A stretch of 50,638 nucleotides of DNA, from positions 1 to 50,638 of IMG/VR virus record IMGVR_UViG_3300044617_000880. One strand, 5' to 3'. A model generated the notes under the pieces. It was given only the letters and a program-made list of their open reading frames with translations. It had not been told where the DNA came from and did not search any database. Of the stretch, positions 26,264 to 34,070 are shown in pieces. Position 1 is the first letter of the stretch, and each line of letters opens with the position of its first letter. The stretch is from a virus (taxonomy: Duplodnaviria > Caudoviricetes). A program made the position numbers and the translations under genes.

Positions 26264-26433
26264 AGAAGAAGAAAGACATGATCAAGGATGCAGCCGAACT
26301 CCTTGAGGATATGGACGACGCATTCCTTGACTACACCCTCGAAGAGTTCAACGACTTGGAGTGCGCGTTCGATCTGATCGACCGAGCCCGCACCTTCCTC
26401 ACCGACTACCTCAATCAAAAGGCTGCCCCATGA
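26260..26433 (+). CDS. Small acidic protein (57 aa), not in the ORF track
   Basis: ATGA-coupled on both sides: MKKKKDMIKDAAELLEDMDDAFLDYTLEEFNDLECAFDLIDRARTFLTDYLNQKAAP. Confidence 0.7.
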   Translation: MKKKKDMIKDAAELLEDMDDAFLDYTLEEFNDLECAFDLIDRARTFLTDYLNQKAAP

Positions 26434-28430
26434 AACTGATCTCCCTTGACATCGAGACGTACGGCTCATGCGTCGCCAACGCCAAGGGTCAGTCTCTCCC
26501 CTCCCAATCCGTGTTCCATCCTCAGCGCGCCATGCAAACCGACGGCGTCTTGAAGGACAACATGGTCCTCACTTGCACCATCACCACCGAGGTCCACTCG
26601 TGCCCGTGCGCCAAGACTTACCTTGCCCACGTCACCATGGACAAGGCCAAGCCCTGCTGCACCTTCACGCTACACATGGATGTAGAAAAGGATCGCGTAC
26701 TCCTGCATCGTTGGCTTACCTGGGCCGACACGATCCTCGGCATGAACCTGCCCTTTGATCTGCAGTTCCTTCGCGCATGCGATCACCGCTTTCAGTTCGC
26801 TCTGCCCCCACACAGCAAAACTTTGTATGACCTCTCGATCCTTAACTATCTGCACTCGGAACTCAGGCCAGAGCGATCCCTCAAGTCTCTCGGTCCTGTC
26901 CTCGGTACTCATGCGTACAAGCGTACCATCAAGGATGGCAAGTTCAGGTCCCCCCACGATCCGCAGTTCCTTGACTACGCAGCGCAGGACACGCACAACA
27001 CCCTGCTCGCCTCAGCCGAGTTGGCCCGTCGCATCCTGATTGACTGGCCCGACACGGACAAGCTCTCGCCCTACTGCATCCAACATTACTCCGACTGCCT
27101 GTGGACCATCATCACCATGTCCGAGGCTGGTATCCCCATGTCCCGCGAGGACCTGACCGACATGCGTGAGACCATGCTCATCGCCTCCGACCTGGCGATG
27201 AAGTCCGCTGAGTACCACGGTGTCCAGCTGGAGGGCACCGGTTCTGCCAAGAGCAAGACCGCTTTCCTAGACGAATGCGTTCAGAAACTAGCGCTTCGTA
27301 ACATTGACGTCCTGTCCCACCCCCTGGCCCAGTTCACGGAGAAGACTCGTGCGTTCTCATTCTCTGATGCCAACCGCAACCTGATCCGTGGCTTCCTCCT
27401 CGACACCGATGAGAAGGAAGTCGCCGTACTCACAGCTGCAGCCGCTCATCAGCGCGCACAGAAGATGCTCTCCACCTACATTTGGCCCCTGCTCGAGGGC
27501 AAGCGCAACAAGCCCGAGGACAAGTCGTCCACCATTCTCCCGCTCCCATACCCCGGCGAGGCTGACGGGCTCGCCTTCCCAGTCTGGTATCCCGTGCCAT
27601 CCGCCTCCAAGGACGCCTCCGGCTCTGAGGGTGGCACCATCCAGGGACGCATCACATGCAAGAGTCCCTCGGCCCAGACCTTCCCCCCTGAGATCAAAGC
27701 CTGCATCAAGTCCCGCTTTCATGGTGGCACGATCCTGTCTCTCGACCTCTCGCAGATCGAGCTTCGCGTAGCTGCCCTGTGCTCCGGCGACAAGTCCCTC
27801 CTTGCCGCCTTCAATGACGGACTCGACCTGCACACAGACCGAGCCGTCCAGTTGTTCGGCGCGGACTCTATCACCCGGCCTAGCTTCAAGAAGCTGGAGC
27901 GTCAAGTGGGCAAGACCATGAACTTCGCCGACTTGTTCCTCGCCTCCCCCTTCCGCATGCGCATGTCCGTCCATGAGATGACCGGCCAGCTCATGCCCAT
28001 GTCCTTCTTCGAGCAGGTAGCCGAGACCCGACCCGACGCCCGCCCTGGCCTCCATGCCTGGCAGCAGTCCCTCCTCCGCCGGGTCGACTCCGACGGTCAC
28101 CTTACCCTGCCCTTCACCGGCCAGTCCCGCACCTTCGTGGGGGGAAGCGCCGAGCACCTCAACGAGATCGTTAACTTCCCCATCCAGACCCAGGCCGGCA
28201 ACACCCTGCTCGCCATCCAGCGAGCCATCGCCCCCCTGTTGTCCCCCCACGTCAAGATGTTCCTCCAGATCTATGACGCGGTCTACCTCGACGTCCACCC
28301 CTCCGTCGACCTTGACACCCTCAAGTCCAAGATCAAGTTCCACATTGAGGAGGTCCGTGACCGTGGGTACTGGGCCAAGCTCCAGTCCCACTACGGCAAC
28401 ACGGTTCCCTTGGAGTACGACTTCAGCTAG
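26430..28430 (+). CDS. polA: Family A DNA polymerase with 3'-5' exonuclease (666 aa)
   Basis: ExoI DIET, ExoII NLPFD, ExoIII YAAQD; motif A DLSQIELR, motif B RQVGKTMNF, NFPIQ, motif C QIYD. Confidence 0.92.
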   Translation: MKLISLDIETYGSCVANAKGQSLPSQSVFHPQRAMQTDGVLKDNMVLTCTITTEVHSCPCAKTYLAHVTMDKAKPCCTFTLHMDVEKDRVLLHRWLTWADTILGMNLPFDLQFLRACDHRFQFALPPHSKTLYDLSILNYLHSELRPERSLKSLGPVLGTHAYKRTIKDGKFRSPHDPQFLDYAAQDTHNTLLASAELARRILIDWPDTDKLSPYCIQHYSDCLWTIITMSEAGIPMSREDLTDMRETMLIASDLAMKSAEYHGVQLEGTGSAKSKTAFLDECVQKLALRNIDVLSHPLAQFTEKTRAFSFSDANRNLIRGFLLDTDEKEVAVLTAAAAHQRAQKMLSTYIWPLLEGKRNKPEDKSSTILPLPYPGEADGLAFPVWYPVPSASKDASGSEGGTIQGRITCKSPSAQTFPPEIKACIKSRFHGGTILSLDLSQIELRVAALCSGDKSLLAAFNDGLDLHTDRAVQLFGADSITRPSFKKLERQVGKTMNFADLFLASPFRMRMSVHEMTGQLMPMSFFEQVAETRPDARPGLHAWQQSLLRRVDSDGHLTLPFTGQSRTFVGGSAEHLNEIVNFPIQTQAGNTLLAIQRAIAPLLSPHVKMFLQIYDAVYLDVHPSVDLDTLKSKIKFHIEEVRDRGYWAKLQSHYGNTVPLEYDFS

Positions 28431-28439
28431 GCTACGGGG

Positions 28440-29063
28440 GTGAACAACGAACTCACGATCCTCGTGGACTCCAGGGAGAAAAAGCCGCTGCCCTTTCCGG
28501 AGCACCTTCCGTCGCTTCGGTCGGACCTGCCTGCTCTCTCCCGGAGTTCACGAACCCACCGCCTCAAGACCGAGAAGGTCACGCTCGTCACCGGGGACTA
28601 CGCACTCAAGGGGTACGAAGCCGCCTGTCTAATCGAGCGGAAGGGTTCACTAGCCGAGGTGGCAGGGAACTGCTTGACCGCCGACGGTCGCCGCAAATTC
28701 ACAGCGGCAATGGACCGACTCAAAGAAGCCTGCTTCTACCCCTACCTCCTGCTCGAGGGGAACCTGCTCGACACCATGAACCCCACCAAGGATCTGCCCG
28801 ATCCTTGGAATGCGATCGACGCACTGCATCGCATCCTGCTTGAAAGAAACATTGGTCTGATTCTCTTACCGAACACCAGCATGAGTGCACGCCGTGCCGT
28901 AGCCGAGTGGGCAGTACGCCTCTTGGTCAACGCGGCACTGTGCCCTATACTCCCTGCTAACCCCCTCTCTAAGGAACACAACAATGGCAGAGATCAACCG
29001 TCAGCGAGTTCAGGAAAACTACACCCCGTGGTCGAGTGTGACCAATCCGAGTCGCGCCAGTGA
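28440..29063 (+). CDS. ERCC4/XPF-family endonuclease (likely resolvase)
   Basis: VDSREK, GDY and IERKGS...E motifs. Confidence 0.88.
   Translation: MNNELTILVDSREKKPLPFPEHLPSLRSDLPALSRSSRTHRLKTEKVTLVTGDYALKGYEAACLIERKGSLAEVAGNCLTADGRRKFTAAMDRLKEACFYPYLLLEGNLLDTMNPTKDLPDPWNAIDALHRILLERNIGLILLPNTSMSARRAVAEWAVRLLVNAALCPILPANPLSKEHNNGRDQPSASSGKLHPVVECDQSESRQ
28923..28951 (+). promoter_or_regulatory. Candidate sigma70-type promoter inside the ERCC4 gene
   Basis: TTGGTC-N17-TATACT, about 30 nt upstream of the 28984 start. Confidence 0.4.
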
Positions 29064-29805
29064 CTTCGTCATCCTGAACACCAACCTTTCCACTTCCAAC
29101 CGTGGCGACGCTACAACTGGTGTGTTCGCAGAAGCTATCTGGGACGCTGATCTCACTCCTGGCGCAGCTAACCATACCAATATGATTGCGGTTGATGTTC
29201 CAGTAGATGCTCGTGTGTTTGTGCCCTTCTGGATTGCAACTGCAACCGCAACCTCAATTGACGGTTCAGCCCCTTGCGCTATTACCCAAATTGCAACAAC
29301 TGCTAGTACCGGTGCTGGTAAGGTGCAGATTTATGGATCTGTCCCGGTCAGTAGTCAGTTCAATAAGGCGCTGCCAAGCAGCATCGTAACTAATGCCGCC
29401 CCCAACTACCAACCTTCTGTGACTGTTCCTGTCATGGGTCTCTATCTGGCAGCAGGCACCACAATTGCCCAATACAGCGCCAGTACTGGTGCACCTACCG
29501 GCCAGGTTTCCATGTTCAACCAGTACTTGGATGGCACCGATGGTGGGGTTGTAACGACTATTGCCCCAGTTACTTTTCACACGTCGACTTTGACTTCTTG
29601 GGGATACGTCGCAAACACTACGGCCACTGGAACTAGTGGACTCTCTGTCCCCAATCCGTGTGGTATTCCTGTGAATGGTCTTACTCGGATTACCTGTGCT
29701 GTGGTTGATGCTTTTGGTTTTACGCTTACAGTATCCGACGCCAATAACACCGGTGCCACGGTCAGCAATGCACGTGTGATGCTGGGTGGATTCTTTGCTG
29801 GATAA
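28984..29805 (+). CDS. T/A/G/S-rich beta protein, virion-structural-like (273 aa)
   Basis: AAGGA SD; few charged residues; AT-richer codons than its neighbours. Confidence 0.75.
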   Translation: MAEINRQRVQENYTPWSSVTNPSRASDFVILNTNLSTSNRGDATTGVFAEAIWDADLTPGAANHTNMIAVDVPVDARVFVPFWIATATATSIDGSAPCAITQIATTASTGAGKVQIYGSVPVSSQFNKALPSSIVTNAAPNYQPSVTVPVMGLYLAAGTTIAQYSASTGAPTGQVSMFNQYLDGTDGGVVTTIAPVTFHTSTLTSWGYVANTTATGTSGLSVPNPCGIPVNGLTRITCAVVDAFGFTLTVSDANNTGATVSNARVMLGGFFAG

Positions 29806-29824
29806 ACCCCTTTAGGAGAACAAC

Positions 29825-31120
29825 ATGCCGCCTGAGTTCCGGTCGACCCCAGTGGGGTCGCGCGATCTGCTCGCCCAGCACGGTCTGGTTGAGCGTCGTC
29901 CCCCCGTCCGATCATCCGACTTCCGTTCGCTCGGATCTCCGTTCCACTACTACCTCACTCGCAAGCTGGGCCTGGTCCCGGCGCTGCGCTACAGCGTGGC
30001 CCTCTCGCAGGGCACTTGGTTCCACGCGGCCCTTGAGATCCTCCTGCAGCCGGGCATGACTGGGGACCAAGCACACACCCAGTACAAGGCCAAGCTCGAG
30101 ATCCGCATGGACGAGCTCCGCAATGTGTGCACCACCCTTGCCATGGGTGACGCACGCATCCGTGAGATCCTCGCCACTGAAGAACAGGACGCCACGTGCG
30201 CTTGGGTCTGGGCCCTTACGACCAAGGACATGCCCATCAACGGGGCCATCTCCAATGGTCGCACCCTGCACGAGTTCCTCTCGGATCCCAACTTCACGCC
30301 CATCTGTCAGGAGTGCATCCTTCGCACCCACATGGAGGTGGACGACAAGCGTGTGGCCCCCATCGACTGTGTCATGCAGCCCGATCTCCTGCTACACCAC
30401 CACACCCAGAACTCCCTGTGGATCGTGGACTACAAGACCACAGGCATCAGCCCCCGCATGCGTGCCGCGTCGTGCCCCATCGAACCACAGACCCAGCACT
30501 ACATGCACATCTTGGACCACATGGTCAAGACAGGTCAGCTCCAGGCCAAGTACGACCTGCCCTCGGACGTCACCGTGGGGGGCATGCTTCACGCCATCAT
30601 CCGCAAGCCCACCATCTCCTTCGGCCAAGGCGACCGGGACTACATCTTGGACACCACTCCCTTCAAGAGTGGACCCCGCAAGGGCGAGCCTCGCAATGAG
30701 AAGGTGTACACCGGCGAGCCCCGGCTGGAGAACTACCTCGAGCGTTGCCGCCAGTGGTACCGGGGCGAGAAGGACTACATCCACCTGTCAGGCGACCGGA
30801 TGGCTGACCCTGTCATCGACCTGTCCTTCACCAGCGGTACAGCCCTGATGGATCCCCACTGGACAGCCCAGTACAGGGCCCGGTTGGCTGCGGTGAATAA
30901 GTGGAGAATCGCCGCAATTGAACCACATGAGTATCCGTGGCCCACAGAAGTTCACGGATCTGGTACACTGGACACCTACGCCCCCTTCGTCCTGCGACCT
31001 GTCACGGAATGGCCGGACATCGTACTGCAGGAGGGGTTCCTCGTTTCGGACCGGGACACACCACAGGAGACAACTAATGACAACGGATCCGTATCCGCCC
31101 AGCAAACTGCAGCGCAGTGA
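29825..31120 (+). CDS. PD-(D/E)xK nuclease (RecB/Cas4-like exonuclease)
   Basis: GTWFHAALE, QECIL, QPDLL, WIVDYKTT and QxxHY motifs; AGGAG SD. Confidence 0.85.
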   Translation: MPPEFRSTPVGSRDLLAQHGLVERRPPVRSSDFRSLGSPFHYYLTRKLGLVPALRYSVALSQGTWFHAALEILLQPGMTGDQAHTQYKAKLEIRMDELRNVCTTLAMGDARIREILATEEQDATCAWVWALTTKDMPINGAISNGRTLHEFLSDPNFTPICQECILRTHMEVDDKRVAPIDCVMQPDLLLHHHTQNSLWIVDYKTTGISPRMRAASCPIEPQTQHYMHILDHMVKTGQLQAKYDLPSDVTVGGMLHAIIRKPTISFGQGDRDYILDTTPFKSGPRKGEPRNEKVYTGEPRLENYLERCRQWYRGEKDYIHLSGDRMADPVIDLSFTSGTALMDPHWTAQYRARLAAVNKWRIAAIEPHEYPWPTEVHGSGTLDTYAPFVLRPVTEWPDIVLQEGFLVSDRDTPQETTNDNGSVSAQQTAAQ

Positions 31121-31490
31121 GTTTGGTACTTTGCTCACCTCTGTGCTGCAGCAAATCATCAAGCCCGCACTTGCCGAGTTGATTCGCACTGACCCTGAGA
31201 TCACCAACAAGTCCACGTTGCACACTGCATTCAAGAAGTCCACGCAGAGCACCGTGTCTTTCTCCACGTTCAACACGTGGCTCGAAGCACTTGGCATTTC
31301 CTTCCGCAAGGTTGTGCAGATCGAAGGCATTACTCCAGTCCCCGCCCCGGGCGGGGGGGCCGGCCCCCGCCCGGATGCAGGGGAACAGGATGTCAAGTTT
31401 GACAACGAAGAAACTTTTGATTTCCGCCCGTCGCGGGGATTCGGTGACGCTTTCGGTGAGATTGCACGCAACTCAGGAGGATTCCAATGA
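31077..31490 (+). CDS. Hypothetical protein (137 aa), possible small DNA-binding domain
   Basis: AGGAG SD; LHTAFKK...VSFSTFNTWLEALGISF is HTH-like. Confidence 0.68.
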   Translation: MTTDPYPPSKLQRSEFGTLLTSVLQQIIKPALAELIRTDPEITNKSTLHTAFKKSTQSTVSFSTFNTWLEALGISFRKVVQIEGITPVPAPGGGAGPRPDAGEQDVKFDNEETFDFRPSRGFGDAFGEIARNSGGFQ

Positions 31491-32392
31491 GCATTCATCA
31501 GACAACAGCAGCAGGTACCGGCCCCGTTCGGGCATACAAGGGGCTAGGATTCCAGGGTGGACCTGGTCTCTATTCGCTCCGTAATCTTTTCGGCATGGTC
31601 GTGGGTGAGCAGAACTCTGGCAAGTCTTACTTGTTCCAGTCCTGCCCCGACGCCTTTGTCATCAACCTCGATCTCTCGAGCACCGTGTCCCCCCACGCCA
31701 AGTGTGCAGTGTGGCCCGGCATTGGTATTGATGGTCGTCCAATGGACGTCGACGGAAAGCCGCTCATCATTACCTGGGACCACGTCGAAGCCAAGATCAA
31801 GCAGCTATGTGATATGGCTAAGAACGGAGACGAGCGTCCCTCAATGGTCGTCATTGACACCATGATCCCGATGATCCGTCTGCTCAAGCCGTGGGTTGCA
31901 CGGCAGATGGGCAAGGAACTCTTCGAGCAGGCACATGGCCCTGCTGCGTGGGAGCGTCTGTACGACACGGTGATTGATGTGGCTCACCGTCTGCGCTCAC
32001 ACGGTTACGGCGTTTGGCTGCTCGCCCACCTGTCCCGCGACTGGGTGGAGATCGGCGAAGGATCCAAGGTAGAGGAGCACTACCTGTCCCTGCCTCCCGG
32101 CCTGCGGGAGCGACTGTCCAAGGTGGTAGAAATCATTGCACCCATGCGCTCGGAAGTGCGCGAAGTCTCCACCGTGGAACCAACAGTTGTTACCGTGGCC
32201 GGGAAGCAGGTTACGCAGAATCGCACTGTCACCAAGCAGACGATCACGCGTACCATCTCGTTCCGTGACCCGCGCTACCTGCGACTCATCCGTACTCGCA
32301 CTCTCAAGCCGATGCAGGACATCGACGTGACCAGTGCAGTTGACCCTTGGGGCTTGTTCGAAGAAGCCTACAAGACCGCCAACACTCCCTGA
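31487..32392 (+). CDS. Sak4-like (AAA_24) P-loop ssDNA-annealing protein
   Basis: GEQNSGKS, VVIDT and LLAH motifs; lies between the exonuclease and an SSB-like gene. Confidence 0.75.
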   Translation: MSIHQTTAAGTGPVRAYKGLGFQGGPGLYSLRNLFGMVVGEQNSGKSYLFQSCPDAFVINLDLSSTVSPHAKCAVWPGIGIDGRPMDVDGKPLIITWDHVEAKIKQLCDMAKNGDERPSMVVIDTMIPMIRLLKPWVARQMGKELFEQAHGPAAWERLYDTVIDVAHRLRSHGYGVWLLAHLSRDWVEIGEGSKVEEHYLSLPPGLRERLSKVVEIIAPMRSEVREVSTVEPTVVTVAGKQVTQNRTVTKQTITRTISFRDPRYLRLIRTRTLKPMQDIDVTSAVDPWGLFEEAYKTANTP

Positions 32393-32546
32393 CCCCCGGA
32401 AGGGCTGGGGGTGGGCCCTCGACGGTGTCCCACCCCCGCCTCCCGATTACTCAATCGACAAGTCCGTATAACGTGTCGATTGTTTCGTTGATTTCGTTCC
32501 GTGTCTCATTTCCATTTTCATCTCCTTTCACGAAAGGTTTACTGTC

Positions 32547-33071
32547 ATGACTATCAAGTCCACCATGTTCGCTGCGTACAACAACTCCTTCGCCTCGGTC
32601 GAGGCCAACACCGAGGGCTCCGGCGCAGGCTGGCGTCCCGATGCCGGTGACCATGCCGTGCTCGTCACGGGCATGACCATCGAGGAAGGAGAGTTCAAGC
32701 AGAAGGACGGCCAGTTGTTCCCGTCCATCGACATCACGTTTCAGTACCAGATGGTCGAAGATCCGGGCAGCCCCGAGCCTCGCAGCTTTACGGGTGCCCG
32801 TTTCCAGATGCCCGCTGACCCGACCCAGTTGACCGACGAGGGTGCCAAGACCCGCGCTCGCATCGAACTGGAGCGCATCAAGGGCCACCTGACCACCCTG
32901 ATTGGCCGTCGTCCTGAGAATCTGCAGATGGCTATGCAGACCGTGCAGGAGCGCATCAACAACGGCAACGTGATCCCGGTCAAGCTCCGTGCGCGTTACG
33001 ACGAGAGCAAGGCCAAGCCCGGCACCAAGTACTTCAAGGAGTTCTTGGTCGCCCCGCTGTCGCTGTCTTGA
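32547..33071 (+). CDS. Phage SSB-like OB-fold protein
   Basis: WRPDAGDHAVLV start pattern, strong codon bias, and position in an exonuclease-Sak4-SSB module. Confidence 0.6.
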   Translation: MTIKSTMFAAYNNSFASVEANTEGSGAGWRPDAGDHAVLVTGMTIEEGEFKQKDGQLFPSIDITFQYQMVEDPGSPEPRSFTGARFQMPADPTQLTDEGAKTRARIELERIKGHLTTLIGRRPENLQMAMQTVQERINNGNVIPVKLRARYDESKAKPGTKYFKEFLVAPLSLS

Positions 33072-33139
33072 TTCCAACGCCATGACTTGCTCTGTGGGAA
33101 GCAGTCACTACGATGGCGAGCAATCGTCCCCCCACGATC

Positions 33140-33181
33140 GCCCCCTGGATTACCCGACCGGTGTCCAGGGGGCTTCCTTTT
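33140..33181 (+). terminator. Intrinsic terminator
   Basis: GCCCCCTGGA...TCCAGGGGGC followed by TTCCTTTT. Confidence 0.65.
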
Positions 33182-33207
33182 GCAAGTGGGTCCATGCTGG
33201 AAACGGC

Positions 33208-33693
33208 ATGGCCCATATTCAGTTAGTCCGCCCTGACGCCCGAAACCCCCGGGCCCTACGATTCTGGACCACGATCAAGGGTTCCGGCACCCCCTACCCC
33301 CCAGTCCCCACCTCCCCCCGGCGTAGCCTCCACAGAAGCCGGTGTGCCCTCGACTTGTGGGAGACCCCCCATCCGCTGGGGGGACGCTCCCAGTGGCTCT
33401 TGGCGTCCTGGGCAGCCCAGGAGCCAGCCCCTGCCCTAGATAGGGTCAAGGAGTGGCTGGAGCGCTCGGAGCCCGTACGGGGCAACGTAGTGCGTCTGGC
33501 GGACAGCCTAGACTTCACGGCCTTTCTGGAAGGCGGGCGCTGGCGAGTCGCCTCCTTTCAGATCCCAACCCAGATCCGGGATGCCATGGACGGCATCCTT
33601 GGGTCTGCGGTCCGGCTATCCCCCAAGTCCTGCCAGTGGTCGGCACGTGCCACCACGGACGCCAAAAAATTCCAGTTCTGGTACCGTATATGA
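33208..33693 (+). CDS. Hypothetical protein (~161 aa)
   Basis: First ATG after the terminator; ATGA-coupled to the next gene. The start is uncertain. Confidence 0.6.
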   Translation: MAHIQLVRPDARNPRALRFWTTIKGSGTPYPPVPTSPRRSLHRSRCALDLWETPHPLGGRSQWLLASWAAQEPAPALDRVKEWLERSEPVRGNVVRLADSLDFTAFLEGGRWRVASFQIPTQIRDAMDGILGSAVRLSPKSCQWSARATTDAKKFQFWYRI

Positions 33694-34070
33694 ACGAAAT
33701 ACTGCTAGGCTCCAACCCTGAGATGAAGCCACAGTATCGGCACCGAGTCAACGGCGGACCTCGGACCCCACGCTCCGACATGGGGTCCAAGAAGTCTGAG
33801 CTGCAGGCTCACGCCGACATGCTCGAGCGCATGGTCACCCGGTTCTCAGAGCGCATCCGTGTGCTCGAGGGACTGCACACCATGCGTGTGGAAGAGGCGG
33901 GCCTCATCATCTCGTCCGTGTTCATGCTGTACCAGCGGTGGCGCGATGAGCACCCCGACGAACCGGACCGTGGCGAGTCCTTCATGGTGTGGATGGAACG
34001 ACTGACCGCCGAAGAGGTTGTCTCATACGCCATGGGTAAGTGGGACTCACTGCCCGGGAACGTTGAATGA
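33690..34070 (+). CDS. Hypothetical protein (126 aa)
   Basis: ATGA coupling; helical; its 3' end overlaps the convergent gene. Confidence 0.7.
   Translation: MNEILLGSNPEMKPQYRHRVNGGPRTPRSDMGSKKSELQAHADMLERMVTRFSERIRVLEGLHTMRVEEAGLIISSVFMLYQRWRDEHPDEPDRGESFMVWMERLTAEEVVSYAMGKWDSLPGNVE

Noticed and set aside
26430-28430. Z-genome (2-aminoadenine) system
   Set aside because: I recognised no PurZ, DatZ or MazZ-like gene; polymerase deviations alone are insufficient.
29825-31120. Cas4/CRISPR-associated function
   Set aside because: There is no array or cas gene and no C-terminal Cys triad; the context is a recombination module.
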